Notes under the pieces: generated by a model
Databases searched by the model: none
Seen by the model: the letters and a program-made list of their open reading frames with translations, nothing else
Told to the model about the DNA's origin: nothing
Source of the DNA: Zancudomyces culisetae HAW-14-8
Taxonomy: Eukaryota; Fungi; Kickxellomycota
DNA length: 64,000 nt
Assembly (NCBI GenBank): GCA_052426225.1
Contig: JBNJNM010000006.1
Span: 248,001 to 312,000, forward strand
Direction of reading: 5' to 3'
Made by a program: the position numbers and the translations under genes
Part shown: positions 29,192-43,346 of the stretch, piece by piece
How the letters are laid out: each line of letters begins with the position of its first letter
Position numbering within the stretch: the first letter of the stretch is position 1

Positions 29192-29195
29192 AGAC

Positions 29196-30821
29196 TCAGT
29201 TGGAATCCATTGTAAACACATACACTACAATTATAGTGATGATTCCAGCGATCAACCCCCGGCGGATAATCAAAATCTTGGTAGATTCAATGAGCGTCCT
29301 AATATCTCCCAGGGTATTCATGTACTTGTTTTCCATTTCGTGCCGCAGAATTTCAGACGACTTGGATGAATCGATTCGTTCATACTTGCGTGCATTCAGC
29401 TCAATCGAAATCTCTGACCGCATGTTTTCCATCTCGTCTCTCAGCTGCTGGCTCAAACTTTCAAGCTCACGAGCAAGTGCTGCTGCCTCAGACGTTAGTA
29501 TTGATTGATCATTCTTGCGCATTACATGCATTTCTGTTTTTAGCTTTGCCAAGTTTGCTTTAATTTGATAGTCGTGATGGTCAATTTCTTCCTTGGTTAC
29601 TACCTGTTGCTGAAGGTATGAAATGTCACTGAGTTGAATTACCTTGATCGCATTCATAACTGCGAGTGACTTTTCCAAGCTCAGCCCGCTTGCACGTAAA
29701 ATTTCAACCACGTGCTGTGTATCAAACGGATGAATACTTCCTCCTAGTGCCGCAATAATGCTTTCTTCTCTGTACCCAATCGTTTGCGCTTCTTCCATTC
29801 CCAGATACCTTATATTTTCGCTAGTTTGCGACTGCTCATCTGACTGGTTGACCTCTGGTGTGTCTTGTGGCCTCTGTTGCGCACTTGAAGGGTCCGAGGC
29901 ATTTATTGATATATACTCGTCTTGCAAATCACCAGTACTGACATTTTCAGCGGGTCCTGTTGGTTCTTCTACATTTTTCGCTTCTGTACTCATGTTTGCT
30001 TCTACAGTATTATCGGGCTTTTGGACATTATCGATTAATACCCACTCATCGACATCCCTCTCCTTAATTTCTGATACTTTCCTCCTTGAATTACCGCCAC
30101 CCTCACCGCCAACACCCTCAACTATTTTTATTGTCAGCTTTTCGTTATTTTCTCCGACATTCGTATCCAAATTTTCTTCTAAAGACGGTGTAAACACCAA
30201 TTCTGTTTTCTTATCCTCAATGATATCCCCCTGGTGTAATAACTCGGGTACTTTGATTATTAGACCTCTAGCTCCTACACCATCAATACCCGTAGCACCA
30301 ATATCCGTTTTGTTTTCAATAAAAACAGGCATTTCCCCTATTAGCTCTCCACCTTGTTTGTCAACATGTGTTGGTATTTTTTGGTCCTCACCTTCGTCTC
30401 TCTTTGTTGAGTAGAGTTTTTCTATACTTTTTTCATACTTTGGCATCTTTTTATAATTGATTGTATTGGGAAATCCGCTAAAAGATAAGCAAGAGCTAAA
30501 ATTCCTAAATTGCACATTTCCCTTCATTTCTACCCCTGCACCCATTTCATTATATCGCCTAGAAAACGCAAAGATGAGAAAAACGACATTTTTGGCACCA
30601 ATGACTCTGCTATTGTGAAAGTTGCGCTTTAACACATACTTCGGCTTTTCCATCTCTTTTTTTTTGTCCACACAGGCAATATGCCTGTTGTTTCTAGTAC
30701 TCCCATTTGCAGCAAACAAAAGCCCTGTATGTTTGAACCTTGTTGCAGTATCCTTGACGGAAAATTTCTGTGCAAGTCGACTTTTATCGATATTGCAAAG
30801 AATTTTCAACATTCTTGTCAT
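29196..30821 (-). CDS. Mitochondrial CCDC90/MCUR1/Fmp32-like (DUF1640) coiled-coil protein
   Basis: HPFDTQHVVEILRASG head motif, coiled coil, ELNARK, C-terminal TM anchor; long N-terminal extension. Confidence 0.75.
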   Translation of the reverse strand: MTRMLKILCNIDKSRLAQKFSVKDTATRFKHTGLLFAANGSTRNNRHIACVDKKKEMEKPKYVLKRNFHNSRVIGAKNVVFLIFAFSRRYNEMGAGVEMKGNVQFRNFSSCLSFSGFPNTINYKKMPKYEKSIEKLYSTKRDEGEDQKIPTHVDKQGGELIGEMPVFIENKTDIGATGIDGVGARGLIIKVPELLHQGDIIEDKKTELVFTPSLEENLDTNVGENNEKLTIKIVEGVGGEGGGNSRRKVSEIKERDVDEWVLIDNVQKPDNTVEANMSTEAKNVEEPTGPAENVSTGDLQDEYISINASDPSSAQQRPQDTPEVNQSDEQSQTSENIRYLGMEEAQTIGYREESIIAALGGSIHPFDTQHVVEILRASGLSLEKSLAVMNAIKVIQLSDISYLQQQVVTKEEIDHHDYQIKANLAKLKTEMHVMRKNDQSILTSEAAALARELESLSQQLRDEMENMRSEISIELNARKYERIDSSKSSEILRHEMENKYMNTLGDIRTLIESTKILIIRRGLIAGIITIIVVYVFTMDSN

Positions 30822-31446
30822 CTATACTATTTCCCGCCTCTTTTCTATTCCACACCCTTTTTTTCTTTTACTTTTACTTTACTTTACTTTATTTTTCCTC
30901 AAGATTTTGTTTTTGTTGATTAACCGATTACTATTTTATCAATGGGTATAATTTACATGACCATGACCATGACCATGTCTATGTCCTTGTCCTTGTCCCT
31001 TTCTTTTTATAATTACGTTTTAATTGAGTTTTGATTGTAGAATCTGGATGCAAAATCGACACTAACCAAGCCACTAGTATAATAATAGCTAGTTTAAGAG
31101 AAACCTCGATTATAATTTTTTATCTATCCTAAAAATGAATGGACTAGCTTCATTCAATAGTTTCTTGGCCTACAAATTTGAATGCGGGATTTAGTTGCAA
31201 TAAATTCTACATTTTTTACATGGTTTAGCATTATTTGTTGGTTTTAAACTCGAGTTTTAAGGTTCCTCCAGTTTCCAAACCAAATTAATAATCCAAACAC
31301 AAATCTCCAACTTTTAACTCGTTTGTTTTTTCTTTATAAAAAAAACAAAAAAAGTAGTGCAATACAACATAATATGAAAAAAAAAAATACTAATAGCCAT
31401 GCAAATCAAAAAAAAGGTATGGTTTAGAACGCAAAATAAAGCACGT

Positions 31447-33333
31447 TTATGCCAAGCCGTTTTTGGAAGCCTCCATAAGTTCTTTGTCGACACACTCAAC
31501 TAGCTTGTTTAGGTTTTCAATAACAGCATCCCTGTTATCTCCGCTTCCAAACATTTCCAAATAGCACTTAATTTTGGGCTCAGTTCCACTGGTTCTCAGT
31601 GTAACTCTACCGTTTCCTGCTGTTTTGAATGTAATCATTTGTGAGTCCGGTGAAGTAATAAATCTAGGAACGTATGTTTTATCATCGCTAGAAACTACAA
31701 TTTGTGCCGAGTCGCCACCATCGGTTGACAACAACTTGCAAAGATTGTCAACCTCAAATCCATCTGTCAAGTCACGAATATAAGTGACAGGGGAGCCACC
31801 TAGCTGGGTTGGATAACGCAGAGTGGTTCCGTTGCTTGCAATATGGAAATTTGTTCGGCCGCTGTTGTCTTGGGCGTCATCGCTTCCATATCTTATCTTG
31901 TTGAAAATTTTGGCTATCTTTTGAGGATCGCGGCAAATGTAATAAAAGTTGTTTGATGCAAAATAGCCATACTTAATATACAGAGAATCCAAATACTCTT
32001 TGGCCGTCAATCCTTGTTCCTTCAACATTGCGGCGAGTTGGACAAAGCATCCCAAAGCCGAGACTCCGTCCTTATCCAGAACTGCTGGACACATCAAGTA
32101 TCCTATAGCTTCCTCGTATCCAAAGCATGGAACCAGTCCGTTCTCATCGCGCATTTTGATCAATTCGTTGGACATCCACTTGAACCCGGTCAGAGTATCT
32201 CTATAATGGAATCCCTCGATCCTGGCCATTTCGCCAAGCATTCCGGACGATACAGTACTGTTTACCATAGCTATTTTGCTTGGATCAATACCATGGCTCT
32301 TTGCCAATCTCAATGCAAATGATGCAAGCAGAATACCGAGCTGATCTCCGCTAAATACAAACCAGCTGCCGTCTGCCTGTTTTTCTGCTGCTGCAAAACG
32401 ATCGGCATCGGGATCATTTGCAATAACAAGTCCTATTCCAGACTCATCTGCCTTTTCTTTTGCCCTGTCCAATGCTCCCTTTTCTTCTGGGTTGGGGAAA
32501 ACTACTGTTGGAAAATCTGCGTTTGGTGCCTGTTGTTCAGCAACTTCTACGTATGGCTTGAGTCCAAGCTCTTTCAAGATTCTGGCTGCAAATGGTGCTC
32601 CAACTCCATGCATTGCTGTGTATACATATGCCAAGTCTGTACTTTCATTGAGTTTTCTATCAAGAACCAATGACTGCATTGCTTCGTAGTATTTATCAAT
32701 TAGCTCGGCCTTCATCTTAATAACATTAGGATGTGTGTTAACCAATTCTACATCCCAAGTATCGATATCCTTGCACTTTCCAATACATGCAGCTATTCCA
32801 CTATCATGTGGTGGAATGATTTGTGCACCGTTATCCCAGTACACCTTGTATCCATTATCATCTTTTGGATTGTGTGATGCTGTAATCATAATTCCACAGG
32901 CCGCCTCTTTGTATTTTACTGTAAATGGAACTAGTGGTGTCATTGAGATTCCTTCCAAATAGTACACCTTGAACCCTCTTTTCAAAAATACTGCTGCAGT
33001 TAGCTTTCCAAAGTCTGCAGAGTTGTGGCGGTGGTCGTTTCCAACTACCACACCTCTTTCGTGCGCATTTTTCACAGTCTTTTCAACATACTCTGCCAAG
33101 CCCTGCGAAGCCAATATCACAGTGACGCAGTTCATTCTTGAGAACCCACCTTCCATCTTGGCTCTCAAACCTGCAGTGCCAAACTCAAGTGGTTTTCTCA
33201 GCAGACCCTCCAATGTTTTCAAATCACCCTGCTCAACCAAATCTTGTATCTGTTTTCTTGTCTTTGGATTCTTATCCAGAGCCAACCACCTATCCGCCAG
33301 CTCGGCTGTACTAACTTTTGCTGAAAAATCCAT
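31447..33333 (-). CDS. PGM2: Phosphoglucomutase-2/phosphoribomutase
   Basis: FGTAGLR, MITASHNPKDDNGYK (phospho-Ser loop), NDPDADR, YEEAIG, RTSGTEPKIK. Confidence 0.94.
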   Translation of the reverse strand: MDFSAKVSTAELADRWLALDKNPKTRKQIQDLVEQGDLKTLEGLLRKPLEFGTAGLRAKMEGGFSRMNCVTVILASQGLAEYVEKTVKNAHERGVVVGNDHRHNSADFGKLTAAVFLKRGFKVYYLEGISMTPLVPFTVKYKEAACGIMITASHNPKDDNGYKVYWDNGAQIIPPHDSGIAACIGKCKDIDTWDVELVNTHPNVIKMKAELIDKYYEAMQSLVLDRKLNESTDLAYVYTAMHGVGAPFAARILKELGLKPYVEVAEQQAPNADFPTVVFPNPEEKGALDRAKEKADESGIGLVIANDPDADRFAAAEKQADGSWFVFSGDQLGILLASFALRLAKSHGIDPSKIAMVNSTVSSGMLGEMARIEGFHYRDTLTGFKWMSNELIKMRDENGLVPCFGYEEAIGYLMCPAVLDKDGVSALGCFVQLAAMLKEQGLTAKEYLDSLYIKYGYFASNNFYYICRDPQKIAKIFNKIRYGSDDAQDNSGRTNFHIASNGTTLRYPTQLGGSPVTYIRDLTDGFEVDNLCKLLSTDGGDSAQIVVSSDDKTYVPRFITSPDSQMITFKTAGNGRVTLRTSGTEPKIKCYLEMFGSGDNRDAVIENLNKLVECVDKELMEASKNGLA

Positions 33334-34330
33334 TCTTTTCGTTAAATATAAAGTAGATTTTTGTTGGTGTTAAATCGAAATAAAATTGTTTTTCGTTACT
33401 AATAGACTTCTCTTCCTATTTATAACTTGGTCTTGAAAAAAAATTGTCAGCTTAGGGAATATTTATACTTTTTTATGCATATTCACTAAAAGCTCAAATT
33501 AATACTGGAATGCAGAGTGGAGTTTGGATTTTTCAACTATGTACCCCCCCCCCCCTCCCTCATTTTTTTGACTCATACATTTTGTCTAGCCCAACGTGAA
33601 TTATAGATCTTTCTACCTCCCTCCTCCACCCAACCATGCATTAACTTTTTCTTAAACTGTTTTTTTTAATTGTAAACTTTTCCTGATGAAAAAATTGCCT
33701 CACGAAAAAGTAAAAAAAAAATTGCAAAATTAAAAACGAATCAATTAATCCACGCAACTTTTTAACTCTATTTTCCATTCGTCCATACTAAAGCATGAAC
33801 TTGTTACACCTATTCTAGCTCTCTGATTTTCCCCTTAATATACACCATTCAGGAAGAAAAAAAAATAGGCAACAACATTTACATAGTCAGATTTCACATA
33901 CTAATGCACAATAAAATTATCCAATGCGCAAATTACAAATATTAAAGCCCTATGTTTGGGCATGGTCATTCTTTTTTCGATTTATGTAATCAATCGTGTA
34001 AGTTAAATACACTCTGTCATACTAGCCATAAAAAACTCACCACTGTATCATCTGATTATATAGCCTAAAAAAATTATTTTTTCAATTACTCAGCTCCTTA
34101 ATAAAAGAATTAGCTGTAAAACGTAGGTTTCAACTATTTTTAACATCTTGGCAATATTTTATAAAAATCATGCTTACTTTGCACTTTATATCCGCGAAAA
34201 AGTGTAAAATATTGTAACTGGCACATCAAAGAGATTTCACCCTGTTCATGAAACGTATAGGATGGAATAAGAAACAGTGTGGTTAAGCTTCTACAGGTTT
34301 AAATACAAAAACAATGTAAAGTATAAAATG

Positions 34331-34360
34331 AGTGTAGTGTAGTGTAGTGTAGTGTAGTGT
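34331..34360. repeat. (AGTGT)6 microsatellite
   Basis: Perfect pentamer repeat; a shorter copy lies near 34473. Confidence 0.85.
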
Positions 34361-37121
34361 AACATCTGTTTTTGGGCAGATACATTCTTTTTTTACAACC
34401 TACCCCCATTTATTCGACTAGCTTGGAAAAATCATCGCATACCCAATTTTATAATTATAAATTACAAATTCAAGTGTAGTGTAGTGTCACTCAACAAAGC
34501 CACCATCCTTTTCGGACGAAAAAAAAAGCATCCGTTTTTTAATCAATACTTGAGATTTGACACGAACTAGCTTGAGTACACCTAGACACCCTTTCCGTTA
34601 TATTTAACATATGATAACCTCATATCTAACTAAAACTGTATCGCAACATTGATATTAAAGTTTTCTTTGGAGTGATTGCTATTTGTTATGTAATATAGGG
34701 GCTTAGCTATATTTTCACTCACTTTCTCATCCCCTTTTTCTATAAGAACGGGGGGTTTTTTTTTGATAAATGAATAACCAATACCATATATTATTATTAA
34801 ACGTCTATACTTCAGTTTTCGCTACAAATACATCCGATAGGTATTTGAATAAGGAATTTGCTCAACCGTATGGCTTTTTGGTTGCGCGGATCGACATTTC
34901 ATCACAAACACGTTTTTTTATTCTGTGTGGAAACTAAATAAGAACGGAGTAGATTTTGTAATTCTTGTTTAGCTGACTTGTCCCTGATAGAAACATTAAG
35001 TACTAGGATACTTAGTTTTGTTTTAATACAATAATGTCTTCCACTCCTCACCCCAAAAAATCTCACCTTCTAAATTACATTATTGTTAATTATGGCTCTG
35101 GTAATATTGATGGTAATTTACCTTTTATCTTTTATTTTTTAATTGCATATACTTGATTGGTAACGAAACTATACCAATAGTATAAAGATACTTTGCTATT
35201 CAAAAACTTGCAAAAATCCTCAGTTCAAAAATGCACTGTACTGTCTTAGATTCTCAAGAGGCCTATTTATGAACATGAAATATCTAAAGTCTGTAGTAAA
35301 ACTTACTTTTCGGAATGTTAAAAACTTAGGACCTTCCCATATAACCAAAATAAGAACTGATAAATTAATTTTGCAGTTCACCATTATATATCAGGTAAAA
35401 ATAAACCCAAAAAAAGCACAACAGGAACCTGGGTATTTGCGTAAATTAGTAAATGTTAAAGCAGTGGGTTTTTGCTTTATCCCTCCCTGCTCTCTGTTTT
35501 ATTGGGGGGGGAGGGGGTCGAGATAGAAAAATCAGACCGATCCGTTTGTCAGTTAAACGGCTAAATTATACTTTGGTGTATCTTAGTTGGTATACTGGAT
35601 TATCCCATTTTAAAAAATAAACAAGAAAAGTGGTCAACCCAAAATGAAGATCCGCACATATTGGTAAATGAGTAAACAAGAAGAATCGTGATTTTTCAAT
35701 AACAGTAATAAAAAGTAAGCTTTCAGGATGTTAAACCAATGAAGAATAGAGCCATCGGTTCGGATACAATTCTCACAATTGAATTTTTTTAACTTGGCAG
35801 TATACTGGTTTGTTTACCCAGTGGGGTATCTTTTAAGCAAAAGTTGAAATTGGGGAAGGTGGTATGAAAATACCTACTAGCTGAAACTAAATAACAAACA
35901 TAAAACGAAGGCAGATAAAAAAAGACGCCAGGTTGGTTTTCAAATTTCGGGTTGTAAAATATTCCCATTATTCTCCATCATTCTTTCAAATCCACCGATT
36001 TTAAAGAAGAACCAAAATGATGTGATAGGTGATCAAAAGGAGGGAATGTCTAGCAAATGAGAGTGAAGAGTTTGGATCAGATTTTATAATCACGTTGTTG
36101 TACTTTTTCCATAAACACAAAGTGATGAATAATCAATCACTTGTATTTAGAATAATTGATGGAAACCTAGGGAAAAAAACATAACATTGTGGTCACATTG
36201 AAGGCTAAAATGAACAGGTGCAGCTTTTTTTTAAAAACAAATAAAGTTATATTGAAATAAAAAACATCCGAATACTGGTAATTTTGCTATTCCGAAATTA
36301 TTCCTTGTGTTCTCTACATGGCAAATCGAATCCAAATTGGCAAAAGAATAAAAAGTAAAGGACAGTAAAACATTTATTTGGAATTGGTTGAAAAGATGCA
36401 GATATTACCTAAAATTGGATATTTAAAGCATGGTAATGAATATTTGCATTTTTCTGAATTAAACTTGTCCGTTTACATCTTATTGCTGGTTTAACACTAG
36501 CTACCAAGTGTATCTCCACACTTTGCAGGTTAAACACACTAACCGCTATCAATAACATTTAAACAGATAATAAACTAGTAAAAGCACAGCACATCCAAGG
36601 TGCTAAGAATACAAAAGCAAAGGCAAAAGAGAAGAAAAAGACAAAGGCAAAAGTAAAATATAATAAAAACAAAAAAGGAACAAATAGCGAATGGAGTGGA
36701 ACTAACGGTATAGAAACATATATTTTGTATTAAAGCAAGTGCGCAACACAATTTGGAGCATTCTATCAGCTCGTACCTGACGTAATTGTAAAACCAATAT
36801 TCGCGGTGCCAAAAGTCTACTAAAACCACAAAGACTTTTAATATAGATATTTAAGGCAAGAGGAGACGAAAAGACAACTTGAAGATATAAAAGTCAAGGG
36901 ATTTGACACCAAGGACAGAGAATAGCTATTGTTCAAACCATCTCCTCGTATTTTGTTTTTTTATAACGAGGGTTGTACAGAACTTGATCTGAACTAGGTT
37001 TGAAAAGTAAACACTCGGAAAGATATATTTATACAAACGAGCATTATAACAATTATTCAAAGAAAAAGAAGGAAAAGAGTAGAAAGAAAAAGGAATAAAG
37101 GGAAGGAGTGAAAGAAGAAAA

Positions 37122-38129
37122 ATGAATAACTTAGTATTAGGAATGTTGTTATCGTCGGTGGCCCTAGTGCTTCTAGTAATAGTGCTATTCACAAGTCGCT
37201 ACACTTCAGAGTTGAGAAACTGGACACGTATGCTAGCAGCAAGGATGGGAATCGGTGCAGGAGTAATAAGTAGAGGTGGAATAGAAGCAAATTTGAATAC
37301 AAATGACGGTGAGAATGAAGGTAGGATGGCAAAAGTCTGCAAGAAAATCAAAAAGCGGAAAGATCAGTATCCAATCACAACATTAGGCGAGGCATATGAA
37401 AAGATGGTAGAGAAAGAAATAGAGAAAAAGAAAGAAATAGAGAAAAAAAAAGAAATAGAGAAAAAAAAAGAAATAAAGCGGCAGGGAGAGGGAGAGAGAG
37501 GGGAGGAGGTCAGCAAACAAGAGGAAGCCAAATCTACACCCACAGACCAAAACCAAAACCAAAACCAAAACCAGAATAACTTTAACCCAGGAACAGGTAA
37601 CGAGCAAAAGGAGACAAATTGGGAATGCTCAATCTGTCTTGACGCGATTAAATTACATGACCAAGTACGATCAATCCCATGTTTTCACTTTTTTCACTTG
37701 ATATGCCTAGACGACTGGTTAATAAAAGGATCTGGGGTATGTCCGGTGTGTCGATTGAGATTGGTGAAGTGTAACAGAAAAAAATGGTATATGAATAATG
37801 AACGTAGGTATGAGTTTGCTTATGGATTTGAATATGGGTATGGGTACGGGTATGAGTATGAGTATGAGTACCATAATCGCAGTGTCGTTAGGAACGAAGG
37901 AGAGGTAGGAAGACGTGGAGGAGGTGGTAGTGGTGAACAAGGAGGAGAGGTAGGACAGGTAGGAAGAAGTAGAGGTGGTGAAGAGGGAGGAGAGGGTGGT
38001 GATAGGGGTATTGTCGGGTTTGGTGCCCGTAATGGAAGAGATGGACAACCCGATAGCGGTGAGATAGATGGGAGGAGGGGTGTGGGATACGTTACTATTG
38101 AAGGATTGTTTACGGCACAATTTGGATGA
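37122..38129 (+). CDS. Membrane-anchored RING-H2 E3 ubiquitin ligase
   Basis: N-terminal TM helix; CSICLD...RSIPCFHFFHLICLDDWL...CPVCR; low-complexity tails. Confidence 0.85.
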   Translation: MNNLVLGMLLSSVALVLLVIVLFTSRYTSELRNWTRMLAARMGIGAGVISRGGIEANLNTNDGENEGRMAKVCKKIKKRKDQYPITTLGEAYEKMVEKEIEKKKEIEKKKEIEKKKEIKRQGEGERGEEVSKQEEAKSTPTDQNQNQNQNQNNFNPGTGNEQKETNWECSICLDAIKLHDQVRSIPCFHFFHLICLDDWLIKGSGVCPVCRLRLVKCNRKKWYMNNERRYEFAYGFEYGYGYGYEYEYEYHNRSVVRNEGEVGRRGGGGSGEQGGEVGQVGRSRGGEEGGEGGDRGIVGFGARNGRDGQPDSGEIDGRRGVGYVTIEGLFTAQFG

Positions 38130-38495
38130 TTTAGTTTCTCTCTTGCGAGTGTGTAAAAAGCTCATGGAGTATTTTGTAACTGCTTTTGTATTATATGATT
38201 CCAAGAGTTGATTAGTATTTACGTTATTTAAAGTTTTAATGGTCAAGAAATAGAAATTAATCAAAATGTAATGTTATTTATTGAGAAGAAAGTTTATTAT
38301 ATATACATAATACATGTAAAAACAGATAAATAAAGCATAATCAAGGGTCTACTAATATATATACATATATATATTAACCCAAATAAAAAGCAAATGTAAA
38401 TGTAAATGTAAAAAAAAAAGAAGGAAAAAAGTAAAAGATGCTTTGTCGACTTGAAAAATATCTCAACATCCACAATCCAGTGGCTATATTAAAGG

Positions 38496-39017
38496 TTATA
38501 GCGTATTCAGGTGTTGAAAAAGTCTATCGCTTATCATCGAGTTCATTTTTTGTTGGTACAAATGGCTATTGTCAATCAAAAGCGCCGAAAAATCATCATA
38601 ACTCTTTGGCACATCAAGGCTAAGATCGGTGGACTTGATAACCTACAAAAAAAATATACAAAGTATAGTGTATTTTATTTTTTATTATATATTTTCTTTT
38701 TCCTTTTTTTTACTTGTAAATATTGATTGATAAAACACTAAATAATAAATAAATAAATAAATGTACAAATATGGGAAATATAAAGAAAAGGAAATAGTGC
38801 AAATAGGAAGATAAAGTACTTTAAACTTGTTGTTGGTCATTTCAATAGTCAAAATAGTGCCTTCGAGTAGCTCTACCGTGAAGCTGATGAGTTTGCTCAC
38901 GGTATTTTCACCATTATGGGTTGAGGGTGGAGAGTATAGTCGTTCGAGGATTTGGTAGCTGGTCAAACCAAATGCATGTTCGGCCATCAAAAGCGAGAAT
39001 TCATGGTCCAAATCCAT
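38496..39017 (-). CDS. GSKIP/DUF727-like small protein (exons 39017-38820, 38642-38496)
   Basis: Spliced: MDLDHEFSLLMAEHAFGL...FTVELLEGTILTIEMTNNKFK|VIK...YDDFSALLIDNSHLYQQKMNSMISDRL; resembles GSKIP (V.T.EG..Y.LEL...GF; YET..ALL...S..Y...F...L). Confidence 0.65.
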
Positions 39018-39412
39018 TATTCTACCCAACCTTTTGCTTTTGCTTTTGCTTTTGCTTTTTGTTTTGCTTTGCTTTTTTATATTCGGAGTTTTTTTTTTTT
39101 ATATTCGGAGTTTTTTTTTTGGTTTGGGTTTTATCCAAGGTTGGATAAATAATATATTAACAATAAACAAGCAAGTCAATCAATCACACTTTAAAAAAAA
39201 AATACATAAAATTTTTTTTATGAGTTTTTATTTTTATTTTACGCGAGTTTGGATATTTATTTTTACTGGATTTGTATTTACAATATAGTAAATAAATATA
39301 TAAAAGAAAAAGAAAAAGAAAAAGAAAAAAAAGGCTTAAATATTTAAAATAAACAGTTCTAATTTGTAGTTGTAATATAATCAATTAAATATAAAAATCT
39401 AAAAAAAAAATA

Positions 39413-40685
39413 ATGATTCCAACTTATGGTGGTGCGGGGGGAGGCGCAGGTGCTGGAGCTGGTGGCAGCAGCGCGGAAATTGATATTCGAATCCGACAAC
39501 TAACCAAAAACTATGTCGATTTTGTGTTGTCAAACGTAAATCTAAGGTAAAATGCTAGCATGTCTTTGTAGGACAGTATTATACCACAATACACTAATAT
39601 AATAATACACAAATATACTAATACGCTAACATATGTATATAAATTTACAAAAAAAAAACAAAAACTAACATTAGTGTTGCGAACAGTCTAAGAAGAGTCA
39701 TGATGGCAGAAGTTCCAACTTTGGGTAAGTGGGAAGAATAAAATGGCTTTTGGTTTATTTATACGAATTTACATACCTGTACAATCACATTTATTGTCTA
39801 TTGTCATTGTAATTGTATAAAAATAAACAATTCGTATGGTTGAGATTAATAGAATTTGGATTTAAGCTTTAATAAGATAAAAGTAAAAAAATAAAAATGC
39901 AAATATGAATAGCAATCGATATGGTCGAAATCCACGAAAACACAACAGTACTGGCAGATGAATTCATCGCCCATCGGCTGGGACTTATTCCGCTAACTAG
40001 TGAACGAGCACGCGATTTTAAATATACACGAGACTGTACCTGTGCGCAAAACTGCCAATTCTGCAGTGTCGAAATGAAACTACATGTGAAATGTACGGGA
40101 AATGGCACATTGAACGTGACCAGCCGCGATCTGCATAGTTCCAATCCGGATGTTATCCCAGTACTTGAAGATAGCGAGGATCGGGGAGTGTTGATTGCAA
40201 AGCTGCGTAAGGGGCAGGAAATCAAAATAAGTTGTATTGTCAAAAAGGGGATTGGCAAGGAACATGCTAAATGGTCGCCGGTTTCGGCAGTCGAATTCGA
40301 ATATGATCCATACAATAGACTCAGACACACAAACTACTGGTACGAAAAGGATAAAGACAGCGAGTGGCCGCTTAGCAAAAATGCAGCCGAAGAAGCCGAG
40401 ATAAATGGGGGACAGGAGCATGGTCGAGATGGCCACCAGGGCACAGTTGGAGGAGGTAATGGTAATAGCGGTGGAAATGGCGAGGGTGTGTTTGATTTCA
40501 GAGCCGAACCCACAACATTTTATATTGGCGTTGAAACGGTTGGGTCACTTTCACCAGAATATGTGGTAAGCTCAGCTACCAAAATTGTGCAGGAACGGTT
40601 GGGAAATCTGCAGATCGCAATAGAGGAAGAAGGCAAGATATTGGAAGGAGAAAGCCGAGTGATTGAAGCAGAGACTTGGTACTAA
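39413..40685 (+). CDS. RPB3: RNA polymerase II subunit Rpb3, 3 exons
   Basis: [47 protein letters not shown]..C Zn site, KGIGKEHAKWSP. Confidence 0.96.
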
Positions 40686-40793
40686 GACGAACTATGAGAC
40701 AAGAAATGAAAGCTGAAAAGTGTTTGGTATAGCAGATATTATTGATATGTTCAAAACGTAAAAATATAAAATAAATAAAGTGAATAAAGCAAA

Positions 40794-43346
<2,553 letters not shown>

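Noticed and set aside
33400-37100. Hidden gene, snRNA or selenoprotein in the 3.7-kb intergenic region
   Set aside because: No spliceable conserved reading frame, U-snRNA signature or SECIS-like element was recognised by eye; only microsatellites and homopolymers.
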